A program made the position numbers and the translations under genes. DNA of 64,000 bases from the NCBI GenBank assembly GCA_001784175.1, contig MFPR01000001.1, positions 1 through 64,000 on the forward strand, in the 5' to 3' direction. The stretch is from Candidatus Lindowbacteria bacterium RIFCSPLOWO2_12_FULL_62_27. Its GTDB lineage: Bacteria; Lindowbacteria; 2-12-FULL-62-27. Positions 9,307 through 17,622 of the stretch are shown here, one piece after another. The notes below the pieces were generated by a model, which ran no database searches, was not told the origin of the DNA, and saw nothing but the letters and a program-made list of their open reading frames with translations. The first letter of the stretch is position 1. Each line of letters opens with the position of its first letter.

Positions 9307-9475
9307 TTCGGCAAAAGTCAGCGTGCGTTTACTGGCGCGGCCGCAACCAGGACGCGAAACCCTCGCGGCCTGCGGCGGCAACCACACCACCGCGGCCCAG
9401 CGGCTCGGAATCTCCCGCAGCCAGCTTTACCGAAAACTCGAACGGTTGGGGATCAAGACAGAACAGACCGGCTAA
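9307..9475 (+). pseudogene. Internally deleted remnant of the sigma-54 response regulator gene
   Basis: 9325-9352 matches 7518-7545 (AFTGAAATR, 1 mismatch) and joins directly to the duplicated HTH-coding 3' end (9353-9475). Confidence 0.7.
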
Positions 9476-9530
9476 ACGACCACGTCCACGTTCCGGCCGA
9501 GTCCCAGGGAGCGGTTGAGGTCCCGAATGG
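9353..9530. repeat. Direct repeat copy 2 (178 bp) right of the TA cassette
   Basis: Matches 8112-8289. Confidence 0.92.
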
Positions 9531-9657
9531 ATTCGGCGTAGGAGCCGACCGTCTGCGGCGAATGAGGCCCGTTGACAGGCGGCTGCGTCAAATCCGCCGG
9601 CAACTGCACCGGTCTGCTTTCGTTGGTCGGAACATCAACCCGCGCTACGGGATCCAT
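9472..9657 (-). CDS. Small hypothetical protein (61 aa) ending in GRNVDVVV
   Basis: AGGAGG upstream of ATG 9657; minus-strand promoter TTGAAT-17-TAAACT (9710-9682); reading frame and stop are preserved in the duplicated copy at 8231-8289. Confidence 0.65.
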   Translation of the reverse strand: MDPVARVDVPTNESRPVQLPADLTQPPVNGPHSPQTVGSYAESIRDLNRSLGLGRNVDVVV

Positions 9658-9748
9658 GGGGATCGCCACCTCCTCGAAGACAGTTTACTCCATCGCGAGT
9701 GTTGATTCAAGTCGCCGCCTATGGTCACATGAACCAACCATTGGGCGC

Positions 9749-10363
9749 ATGGACAAGCAAAAGGATGGAATCAGCCGTCGGACATTTCTGAAATCAGGGG
9801 CCGCCGCAATTGGCATGGCGGCGGCCGGCGCAGGCCGGGTCAGCGCGGAGGCCGGCGAGGCTCCGGAGGCACTCGGGCCCGGGCCGGTTCCCTGCGCGCT
9901 CTCGGTCAACGGCCGGGAAGTCCGCATCGAGATCGAGCCGCGCGTGACGCTCCTTCGGGCGCTGCGCCATTATTCGGACTACACAGGTCCCAAAGAAATC
10001 TGCGATCGCGGCGCATGCGGCGGCTGTACCGTCCTTCTGGACGGAAAGCCCGTCGCGAGCTGCATGATGCTCGCGCTGGACGCGCAAGGCCGGCCGATCA
10101 CGACCGTCGAAGGGCTCGCCCGCGACGGCAAGCTCCATCCGGTTCAGGAAGCCTTCAAAACTTGCGACGCCTACCAGTGCGGCTACTGCACGCCCGGCAT
10201 GCTCCTGTCGACCGTCGCGCTCCTCAAGGAAAACCCCGCGCCGAGCCTCGACGAGATCAAGCGCGGACTCGAAGGCAACCTGTGCCGGTGCGCCGCCTAC
10301 AACCATATTTTTGACGCCGTTCAGATGGCGGCGAAAAAAATGTCCGCATCGCCCGCAAAATAA
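9749..10363 (+). CDS. Tat-exported 2Fe-2S subunit of xanthine dehydrogenase-family molybdoenzyme (PaoA/YagT-like)
   Basis: SRRTFLK twin-arginine signal; CDRGACGGCTV, QCGYCTPG, GNLCRC. Confidence 0.92.
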   Translation: MDKQKDGISRRTFLKSGAAAIGMAAAGAGRVSAEAGEAPEALGPGPVPCALSVNGREVRIEIEPRVTLLRALRHYSDYTGPKEICDRGACGGCTVLLDGKPVASCMMLALDAQGRPITTVEGLARDGKLHPVQEAFKTCDAYQCGYCTPGMLLSTVALLKENPAPSLDEIKRGLEGNLCRCAAYNHIFDAVQMAAKKMSASPAK

Positions 10364-10365
10364 AG

Positions 10366-12447
10366 ATGGCTCGCCTGCGTCTGAAAGTCGGCTTTGTGGG
10401 TGGATACGAGGAGATCGAAGTCGACGTTCCGGACGACGGGCCCGTGCCGTGGGACGCGGACTCCAAACTCGCCGTCGTTTCCAAGTCCCACCCGCGGATC
10501 AATGCCGCTGACATCCTCACCGGCCGGGCGCGATTTGCCACCGACATCAAGCGACGCGGGATGCTCTACGCCAAAATCCTTCGATGCCCCTACGGACACG
10601 CGAAAGTTGGGCGCGTGACGGTGCCGGATATCGCCGGCGTCCGCCATGTGGAGAAGAAGGAGGGCAAAGAGTGTTTCTTCGCCGGAGACGACGTCGCGAT
10701 CGTGGTGGCCGACACGCAGGAGATCGCCGAGGAGGCCGGCCGGCGGGCCGAGGTCGACTACGAAATCCTGCCGCACGCGGTGACGATGGAGGACGCAATC
10801 GAGGGACCGGGGGTTTTTCGCGGCGGAAATCGGATGCGCGCCCAGACCCGGGATGAGGGGGATGTCGATCAGGGGTTGAAAGAGGCGGCCGTGGTGTTGG
10901 AGCGGACCTACAAGACTCAGGCGCAGACGCATTCCTGTCTCGAACCTCACAGCGCCGTCGCAGAGTTCAATTCCGGGGGGGTGACGGTCTGGACGTCGAC
11001 CCAGAGCGTCCAGGGCAACCGGGAACAGATCACCGAAGCGCTCGATTTGAGCGCCGGCCAAGTCCGCGTGATCGCCGAGTATGTCGGCGGCGGATTCGGA
11101 AGCAAATTCGGCGCGCAGAGCGGCGCGACCGTGGCGGAACTTTCCAGGAAACTGGATGCGCCCGTGAAACTCCTGCCGGACCGGGCGGAAGAGCACGCGG
11201 CCAACGGCAACCGGCCGCCGTCGATTCAGAAAGTCAAAGCGGGCATCCGAAAGGACGGCGTCGTCACCGCATGGATCGTCGACTCGTACGGGTCCGGCGG
11301 ATACGCCGGTGGCGGCGGCGGGCCGGCGAATCCTCTGAAATATTTGTATCCATTCACGAACTGGCGGAAGACGCACGTCGACGTTCGGATCAACGGCGGC
11401 GCAGCCTTGCCCTTTCGCGCGCCCGGCCATCCCCAGGGCGTGTTCGCCATCGAATCGATGATCGACGAGCTGGCCGCGCGCGTCGGGATGGATCCGCTCG
11501 AGGTTCGGAAAAAAAATGATACGAGTCCCGTCCGGCGCGCCCAGTTCGACGCGGGCGCGAAGCGGATCGGATGGAGCCGGCGCGCACAGCCGACCGGTTC
11601 CGAACAGGGCCCCCTCAAACACGGGATCGGGATGGCCGGCGCCACGTGGGGTGGGCAGGGCGGTCCGCCGGCGGAGATCACCGCCGTCCGGCATGCCGAC
11701 GGCACGTTCGAGTTTCACAGCGGCGCGCAGGACATCGGCACGGGCATCCGGACCGCGATCGCCGTCATCGCGGCCGAGGAATTGGGCGTCCGGCCGGCGG
11801 ACATCAAGGTGAAAATCGGCGACAGCGATCTTCCCTATGGACCCGGAAGCGGTGGAAGCGTGACAGCGCCGTCCGTTCTGCCGGCCGTTCGGGAGGCCGC
11901 GCACAAATTGAAACAGGAGATCGCGAAACAGGGCGCCGGCGCTCCGGGCGGAAAAATAACCGTGACCGGATCGAGGCCGGAGGATTTCCGCCGGTACCGC
12001 GGCGGCGTCGCCGGATGCCAGTTCGCGGAAGTCGAAGTCGACACCGAAACCGGCATGGTGCGTGTGCTGAAGGTTGTGGCGGTGCAGGACTGCGGCCGCA
12101 TCGTGAACCGGCTCACAGCCGAAAGCCAGATTCAGGGCGGAGTCCTGCAAGGCATCAGTTACGCCCTGTTTGAGGAGCGGGTGCTGGACCGGCAGAAGGG
12201 CGCGATGCTGAACGCGGATTTCCTGAACTACAAGATCCTCGGACCGCGGGACACGCCCGACATCGACGTCGTCCTCTTCGAAGTCTCCAACGCCGGCAAC
12301 ACCGTCGGGCTCCTCGGCCTGGGCGAGCCGCCCACCGTCCCGACCGCGGCGGCCGTGGCCAACGCCGTCGCGAACGCCATCGGCGCGCGAATCTACGAGC
12401 TGCCCATCACGCCCGACAAGGTCCTGGGAGCGTTGAACAAAATATGA
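10366..12447 (+). CDS. Molybdopterin-binding subunit of xanthine dehydrogenase family (PaoC/YagR-like)
   Basis: GGGFGSK, FRAPGHPQG, QDIGTG, GSGGS, QIQGG, GLGEPP motifs. Confidence 0.93.
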   Translation: MARLRLKVGFVGGYEEIEVDVPDDGPVPWDADSKLAVVSKSHPRINAADILTGRARFATDIKRRGMLYAKILRCPYGHAKVGRVTVPDIAGVRHVEKKEGKECFFAGDDVAIVVADTQEIAEEAGRRAEVDYEILPHAVTMEDAIEGPGVFRGGNRMRAQTRDEGDVDQGLKEAAVVLERTYKTQAQTHSCLEPHSAVAEFNSGGVTVWTSTQSVQGNREQITEALDLSAGQVRVIAEYVGGGFGSKFGAQSGATVAELSRKLDAPVKLLPDRAEEHAANGNRPPSIQKVKAGIRKDGVVTAWIVDSYGSGGYAGGGGGPANPLKYLYPFTNWRKTHVDVRINGGAALPFRAPGHPQGVFAIESMIDELAARVGMDPLEVRKKNDTSPVRRAQFDAGAKRIGWSRRAQPTGSEQGPLKHGIGMAGATWGGQGGPPAEITAVRHADGTFEFHSGAQDIGTGIRTAIAVIAAEELGVRPADIKVKIGDSDLPYGPGSGGSVTAPSVLPAVREAAHKLKQEIAKQGAGAPGGKITVTGSRPEDFRRYRGGVAGCQFAEVEVDTETGMVRVLKVVAVQDCGRIVNRLTAESQIQGGVLQGISYALFEERVLDRQKGAMLNADFLNYKILGPRDTPDIDVVLFEVSNAGNTVGLLGLGEPPTVPTAAAVANAVANAIGARIYELPITPDKVLGALNKI

Positions 12448-13391
12448 ACCGCTTTGAATATGTTGCGGCCCCGGATGTCGGTGGCGCTCTGGCTGCGAGG
12501 CGGCCCGATGCCGCATTCAAGGCCGGCGGGATGGACCTCCTGGACCTGATGAAATCGTCCATCCGCGCGCCCGGACGGCTCGTCAACCTCCTCACAATCG
12601 ATGAACTGAAGGGCATCGATGTGGACACATCCGGCGCCACGATCGGCGCGCTGGCCACGCTCGCGGAAATTGCGGACCACCCCGATCTCGCCCGGATGTT
12701 TCCGGCGCTGGCCCTCGCCGCCGGCCATGCCGCCACACCGCAGGTCCGGAATGTCGCGACGATCGGCGGGAATATTCTTCAACGGCCGCGCTGCTGGTAC
12801 TTCAGGATGGCCCAGTACCCGTGCCTGAAAAAGGGAGGCGATACATGTTTCGCAATGGATGGCGAAAACAAGTATCACGCCATTTTCGAGAACAGCCTCT
12901 GCGCGATGGTCCACCCGTCCAACACGGCCGTGGCGCTCCTGGCGCTGGACGCGGTCGTGCGGACGGCGGGGTCGGGAGAAATTCCCATACGGAAATTCTT
13001 CGTGACGCCGGATCAGGACATCCTGCGGGAATCCGCGCTGGCCGAGGGTGAACTCGTCACCCAACTGTTCATACCGGCCACGGGCGCCCGCAGTCACTAT
13101 CTCGAGTTCCGCGAGCGCCAGTCCTTCGACTGGGCGCTGGTCAGCGCCGCAGCCGCCGCTGAGCTGGAGGGGCAGACGCTCAATAACGCGCGCGTGGTTC
13201 TCGGCTCAGTCGCGCCCATCCCTTGGCGGATCGACCTCGGTGAGATCGCCGCGACGGACGAGGCCTTGGACCGGGCGGCCGACGAGGCGGTTCGGGGCGC
13301 AACGCCGCTGGCGAAAAACAAATACAAAGTCCAGCTTGCCCGTACCGCGATCCGCCGGAGTCTGCGGGAACTCGCGCGGGCAACGGAGTAA
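12444..13391 (+). CDS. FAD-binding subunit of xanthine dehydrogenase family (PaoB/YagS-like, with Cys-rich insert)
   Basis: AGGMDLLDLMK, QVRNVATIGGN, RPRCWYFR...CLKKGGDTC...C insert, NKYK. Confidence 0.93.
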   Translation: MNRFEYVAAPDVGGALAARRPDAAFKAGGMDLLDLMKSSIRAPGRLVNLLTIDELKGIDVDTSGATIGALATLAEIADHPDLARMFPALALAAGHAATPQVRNVATIGGNILQRPRCWYFRMAQYPCLKKGGDTCFAMDGENKYHAIFENSLCAMVHPSNTAVALLALDAVVRTAGSGEIPIRKFFVTPDQDILRESALAEGELVTQLFIPATGARSHYLEFRERQSFDWALVSAAAAAELEGQTLNNARVVLGSVAPIPWRIDLGEIAATDEALDRAADEAVRGATPLAKNKYKVQLARTAIRRSLRELARATE

Positions 13392-13393
13392 TC

Positions 13394-13603
13394 ATGGAAA
13401 ACGGGAGCGCCTGCAGGTATCTTCGCTGCAAGGAAATGTACCATCGATCAAGCGTTACTGAACCCGCAGAGGATCACGGCACGACTGTTTTCTGGTGCCT
13501 TCGCACATTCAGGCCGCTCGGCCCTGACGACGACCCCTGCACGCGCGCGGCGTGCCGAGCCGGCCGGGCCTGTTACCAGGCATCCACGCGGACCGCCGTA
13601 TGA
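13394..13603 (+). CDS. Small cysteine-rich protein (69 aa, 6 Cys)
   Basis: GGAG RBS, 2 bp after the FAD subunit stop, ATGA overlap with the next gene. Confidence 0.7.
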   Translation: MENGSACRYLRCKEMYHRSSVTEPAEDHGTTVFWCLRTFRPLGPDDDPCTRAACRAGRACYQASTRTAV

Positions 13604-14580
13604 ACATCGTCACCCTGGCGCGGGGTCACAAGTTGTTTTTCGAAGGCGACCCGGCGCGGGATATCTTTTTTCTGACCGCCGGAAAGCTGACCGTGATGAA
13701 AGGCAACACGTTCATTTGCGAATTGGAGCCGCCCGCGTTTATCGGGGAACTCGGATGCATCCTCAGCCTCCCGCGCACCACGACCGTCTACGCCTGCATC
13801 CCCACAACCCTCGAGGCGCGCGCCGGAAGGGAACTTCTGGAAAGGATGACCTTGAAAGACGACCATGGCTGGAAATTCCTCCAGGCACTGAGCCGGCGGT
13901 TCGACCTGACGAAGGCCCGGGTCCTGGAATATCAGTTCACCATTCTCGACGAATGCCGCAAGATCCTTTCCGTCCTGATCGCCGATCAGCAGGTAGCCGA
14001 CAAGCGATTGAAGCCGGCGGACGTCAAAAAACTGCGGCCGGAAGCCGAGCGGCTGCTGGCCGAATCCGTCCGGAAGGAGGATCCGGTTTTCGATTTCGAC
14101 GTTCTGAAAAGCACCGCGCGCAGGTACCGGGTGGACGGCAAATTCGAGTCTGTCCTGTCGGCCCAGTTCCGGTCGTTCACGCCGCTCGATCTGAAACCGT
14201 TCCGGATTCCGAATTTCGACACCTATTTGAATTTCGAGTCCGCCGCGCGGGACATCGCCGAAAAAGTCGTCGTCCTCACCCGCTACATGGCCGACTTCGT
14301 CACGCTCGAACTGCCCACCTTCGAAAGCGACGCCATCCGGGCCGAAAAAAAAGTTCCGTTCGGCCGGCGCGGAGAGCTTCTGAAAAAACTTTTCGTTGAT
14401 GCCCGGCCTCCTGCGCCGGATGAATCGTCCGTACAACTGCGGGCCGATTTCGAAAGCGCCCTCCAGGCCTTCTCGGCCGACCCCACCCACGAGACGCGGT
14501 CGCTCTTTCCGCTCGCCCGATGTTTCGATCTCGATCAGGCGTACCTCAAAAATTTGCCGGCGGTCCTCAAAGAGAGATGA
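13600..14580 (+). CDS. Cyclic nucleotide-binding domain protein with unknown C-terminal region
   Basis: LFFEGDPARDIFFLTAGKLTV...FIGELG...PRTTTVYA cNMP-binding signature. Confidence 0.8.
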   Translation: MNIVTLARGHKLFFEGDPARDIFFLTAGKLTVMKGNTFICELEPPAFIGELGCILSLPRTTTVYACIPTTLEARAGRELLERMTLKDDHGWKFLQALSRRFDLTKARVLEYQFTILDECRKILSVLIADQQVADKRLKPADVKKLRPEAERLLAESVRKEDPVFDFDVLKSTARRYRVDGKFESVLSAQFRSFTPLDLKPFRIPNFDTYLNFESAARDIAEKVVVLTRYMADFVTLELPTFESDAIRAEKKVPFGRRGELLKKLFVDARPPAPDESSVQLRADFESALQAFSADPTHETRSLFPLARCFDLDQAYLKNLPAVLKER

Positions 14581-15473
14581 ACGGAAATCGAATGGCGCTG
14601 TCAGCCGTCCTGTGCGGCGCGTTGCTGGCCCTGGTGTTGGAGACGCCGCTGGAGGGAAAATCGAGAGCGCGGAAGGAAACGAATCGCGGCGGGAGCGCCG
14701 GCAAGGGCGCAGGACTCCAACTCGTGCCTGACTATCTGGTTTCCAAGGCCGATGGCGCCTATTTCCAGTTGCAGAACATGACCGTGCAGGTCGCATTTGC
14801 CAATTTGACCGACGCCCCAAAAATGACGCTCAACGTTCTCTGCCGGCTGGACCCCGAACGCATGCCGCTCGAATATGACAGGGTCGCGCGAGTGCGCAGC
14901 GTCAAGTTCAACAATGGATGGAAACCGGCGCCGGAGGAATTTCTGTCCATGAGGGAGCACCAGAGCCGGTCCAAGGTGCGCGAAAGCAACAACACGTTTT
15001 ATTTTCAGATTCAACTTCCTCTTCCCGCGCGCGCCGCGAACGCCATCGAGCGGCTCGAAGGCACGCTGACCGTTTATGACGACGACTCGCCCAGGGACAC
15101 CGCATTTCTGTCGTTCACTGATCCGGAGGATGCCCGAGGGACTGCGCAAGCGGGACCGTTCCGGCTGACGCTGAAGGAAATCACGGAAGAGGAGGAAGAG
15201 GGAGGCAAGACGGCGGTGATCGAAGGCCTGAAAAACGATGCTTTCCGCGGAGCCCTGAACCATCTATACGAGTGGCTGCTCGTCCTGCAGAACGGGAAAA
15301 AAATTTCCGCCGCCGGACAGTCCGCCGGGCAATCCCGCGCGCGCGCAACCTTTCGGCCCTATTTTGAGGTCCCGGGCAAAGTCGGCGCCATCAAGGGCGT
15401 TCTCGTATCCTGGTCCAAAGAAACATCCGAACGGGAAATCCCGTTCGTCTTCGAGGAAATCCCTCTGCCCTGA
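14577..15473 (+). CDS. Hypothetical secreted protein
   Basis: ATGA overlap; hydrophobic N-terminus; beta-rich; ends EIPFVFEEIPLP. Confidence 0.7.
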   Translation: MNGNRMALSAVLCGALLALVLETPLEGKSRARKETNRGGSAGKGAGLQLVPDYLVSKADGAYFQLQNMTVQVAFANLTDAPKMTLNVLCRLDPERMPLEYDRVARVRSVKFNNGWKPAPEEFLSMREHQSRSKVRESNNTFYFQIQLPLPARAANAIERLEGTLTVYDDDSPRDTAFLSFTDPEDARGTAQAGPFRLTLKEITEEEEEGGKTAVIEGLKNDAFRGALNHLYEWLLVLQNGKKISAAGQSAGQSRARATFRPYFEVPGKVGAIKGVLVSWSKETSEREIPFVFEEIPLP

Positions 15474-15479
15474 ACGCGG

Positions 15480-16418
15480 ATGTACCATATCTTCGTCGTC
15501 GGGGCCGGAGCGGTCGGCGGATATTTTGGCGCGCGCCTCGCTGCGGCCGGCGAGCCGGTGACCTTCGTATGCCGGGGGAAAACGCGTGAGGCCATCCGCC
15601 GGGGCGGTCTGCGAATCGAAAGCGTCGCCGGCGACCTGCATCTCAGGCCGCCCACGGTGGAACGGCCGGACGGGTCGGTTCAGGCGGACCTGATTCTGTG
15701 GGCGGTCAAGGAATATCACAACCGCGAGGCATTCGAATCCGTCCGGCCCCTCGTCGGTGAGCGCACGACGGTCCTCTCGCTCCAAAACGGCGTCGATCCG
15801 GTGGACGAACTGGCCGATGCGTTCGGCGCCAGGAAAATCGTCGGCGGATTTGCCGGCCTTGCCGCGGGCGTGGTCGAGCCCGGACGGATTCGCCACACGG
15901 CCATGGGACAGATCACGCTCGGAGAACTCGACGGCGCAGTCTCCGAACGCGTCCGCGCGATCGCACAGAGGCTCGAAAAGGCCGGCGTGCCCCACCGCGT
16001 TTCAGAAAACATCCGACGCGATCTGTGGGGCAAACTTGCCTGGAATGCCGCATTCAATCCGCTTTCAGTGATTCTGCGCGCGACCGTCGAGGAACTCCTG
16101 AACGATCTGGCCGCGTTGTCGATCCTCAAACGCGCGATGGAGGAGGTTGTCGCGGTCGCGAAAGCGGAGGGGCATGAACTTTCGCCGCGCCTCCTGCAGG
16201 CCTATCTGAATCCGCCGGAGCCGGCGAAGGGCTTTCTCACGTCCATGCTTCAGGATTTTCTGAAAGGCCGGCCCATGGAAGTCGACGCGATCAGCGGCGC
16301 CGTCGTCCGCTGCGCGCGACGTCGGAACGTCAGCGTGCCCGTGAACGAGATGTACTACGACCTTCTGCGATATTGGGACCTGCGGCCCGACGCACGATTT
16401 CACCTGTCCGCCAGTTGA
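15480..16418 (+). CDS. panE: 2-dehydropantoate 2-reductase (ketopantoate reductase)
   Basis: VGAGAVGGYFG, SLQNG, WGKLAWNAAFN, SMLQD...E.DAISG. Confidence 0.9.
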   Translation: MYHIFVVGAGAVGGYFGARLAAAGEPVTFVCRGKTREAIRRGGLRIESVAGDLHLRPPTVERPDGSVQADLILWAVKEYHNREAFESVRPLVGERTTVLSLQNGVDPVDELADAFGARKIVGGFAGLAAGVVEPGRIRHTAMGQITLGELDGAVSERVRAIAQRLEKAGVPHRVSENIRRDLWGKLAWNAAFNPLSVILRATVEELLNDLAALSILKRAMEEVVAVAKAEGHELSPRLLQAYLNPPEPAKGFLTSMLQDFLKGRPMEVDAISGAVVRCARRRNVSVPVNEMYYDLLRYWDLRPDARFHLSAS

Positions 16419-17622
16419 ACAGCACCGTGCCGCCGGTTCCGGGCGGCACACGAAAGATGCGCCGCGGAAGAATCGCGGCCTTCTCCACCGCATCCTTCGC
16501 CGGCATCCCAATGGACCGGCATCGCTTCAGATATTCCGGAAACGTCGAGGTCAGTCTCGGATGTTCGCGCACCGGCGGAAGGCCGTCCGTGCCGACGCAT
16601 CCGAACGGCAGTTTGAGCAGCTCGTCGATCAGCCGGTCATCCTGGGAGTAGATCAGCATCGCCGGGTGCGGCTCCTCCCGGACTAATTTCACAATCAGAT
16701 CCAGCGGCCGCCGGGTGACTTCGGCGACCCTTCGGCCGTTATATTCAGGATATTTTTCTAGGGACGCGAGTTGAATCCCGGCCCACCCGCACATCAGCAC
16801 GTAATTTTCCCAGTCGCGATCCCGGAACCGGCGCTCGAAGGTTCTCGGATGCAGGCGCGCCAGCGCCGAGCCGGGCAAAGACGATATTTCCGGCGGCAGA
16901 ACGGCGGAAAGAGCGGTACAACCGTACGCGTACGGATAATGATCAAACGTCACTCCAAATCGCTCGTGCGCCTGCCGAATCCTGCGGATCAAGCGTTCGG
17001 CCAGCGGCCAGAAAGGCCGGCCGGAGATTTTCAAATGGGAGATATGGAGGCGGCACCGCGCGCGGCCGGCAATCTCCAGGACCTCATCGATGCTTTCCAA
17101 AACCGTCGATGACTCGTTTCGCAAGTGGACGGTGAGCAGCGGCGTCTCGCGGCTGATTTCATTCAGTTCCTCCGAATCGGCGCCCACCACCGGCAGATAC
17201 GCAAGTCCGAGGGAGAGTCCTGCCGCGCCAGCCTCCACGGACCGGGCCACCGCCGATGCGGCGCGTTTGCGCTCGACCGCATTCAGTTTCTTCGGCCGCG
17301 GGCCGAACAGCGCGGCCCGGAGGGCGTTGTATCCCTGCAGAACCACGATATCTTTCCGTGGAACCAGGCGGCGGTAGGCCCGGATGGACGGAAACCGCCG
17401 GGTGGATGGTCCCATCACCGCGTCGAAGAGCCGGCGAACGGGCGCGCACCCCCGCGGAAGATTCGGAAAAGGGCAGATCCCACAATTGCCGATTACCTGC
17501 ACGCCGATGCCTTGGTTTCGTTTGTCCGCGCGTTCGGGATCGCCGAGAAGCGCGAGATCGTCATGCGAATGCGTGTCGACGAACGAGGGACACTCGTATA
17601 TATCCGGTGCGACTGATTTCAC
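16330..17622 (-). CDS. N-acyl-D-amino-acid deacylase family amidohydrolase
   Basis: PSFVDTHSHDD, GNCG, HLRNE, HISHLK, YPY, GTDG, HPR. GTG at 17622 overlaps the upstream stop; 3' end overlaps panE convergently. Confidence 0.85.
   Translation of the reverse strand: MKSVAPDIYECPSFVDTHSHDDLALLGDPERADKRNQGIGVQVIGNCGICPFPNLPRGCAPVRRLFDAVMGPSTRRFPSIRAYRRLVPRKDIVVLQGYNALRAALFGPRPKKLNAVERKRAASAVARSVEAGAAGLSLGLAYLPVVGADSEELNEISRETPLLTVHLRNESSTVLESIDEVLEIAGRARCRLHISHLKISGRPFWPLAERLIRRIRQAHERFGVTFDHYPYAYGCTALSAVLPPEISSLPGSALARLHPRTFERRFRDRDWENYVLMCGWAGIQLASLEKYPEYNGRRVAEVTRRPLDLIVKLVREEPHPAMLIYSQDDRLIDELLKLPFGCVGTDGLPPVREHPRLTSTFPEYLKRCRSIGMPAKDAVEKAAILPRRIFRVPPGTGGTVLFNWRTGEIVRRAAGPNIAEGRSTSRSRAR

Noticed and set aside
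9260-9475. 71-aa Fis-type HTH ORF as an independent gene
   Set aside because: Its HTH is the duplicated regulator 3' end with an unrelated upstream part; treated as a remnant.
8112-9530. IS element or prophage
   Set aside because: No transposase/integrase or terminal inverted repeats; the duplication is too long and diverged for a target-site duplication.
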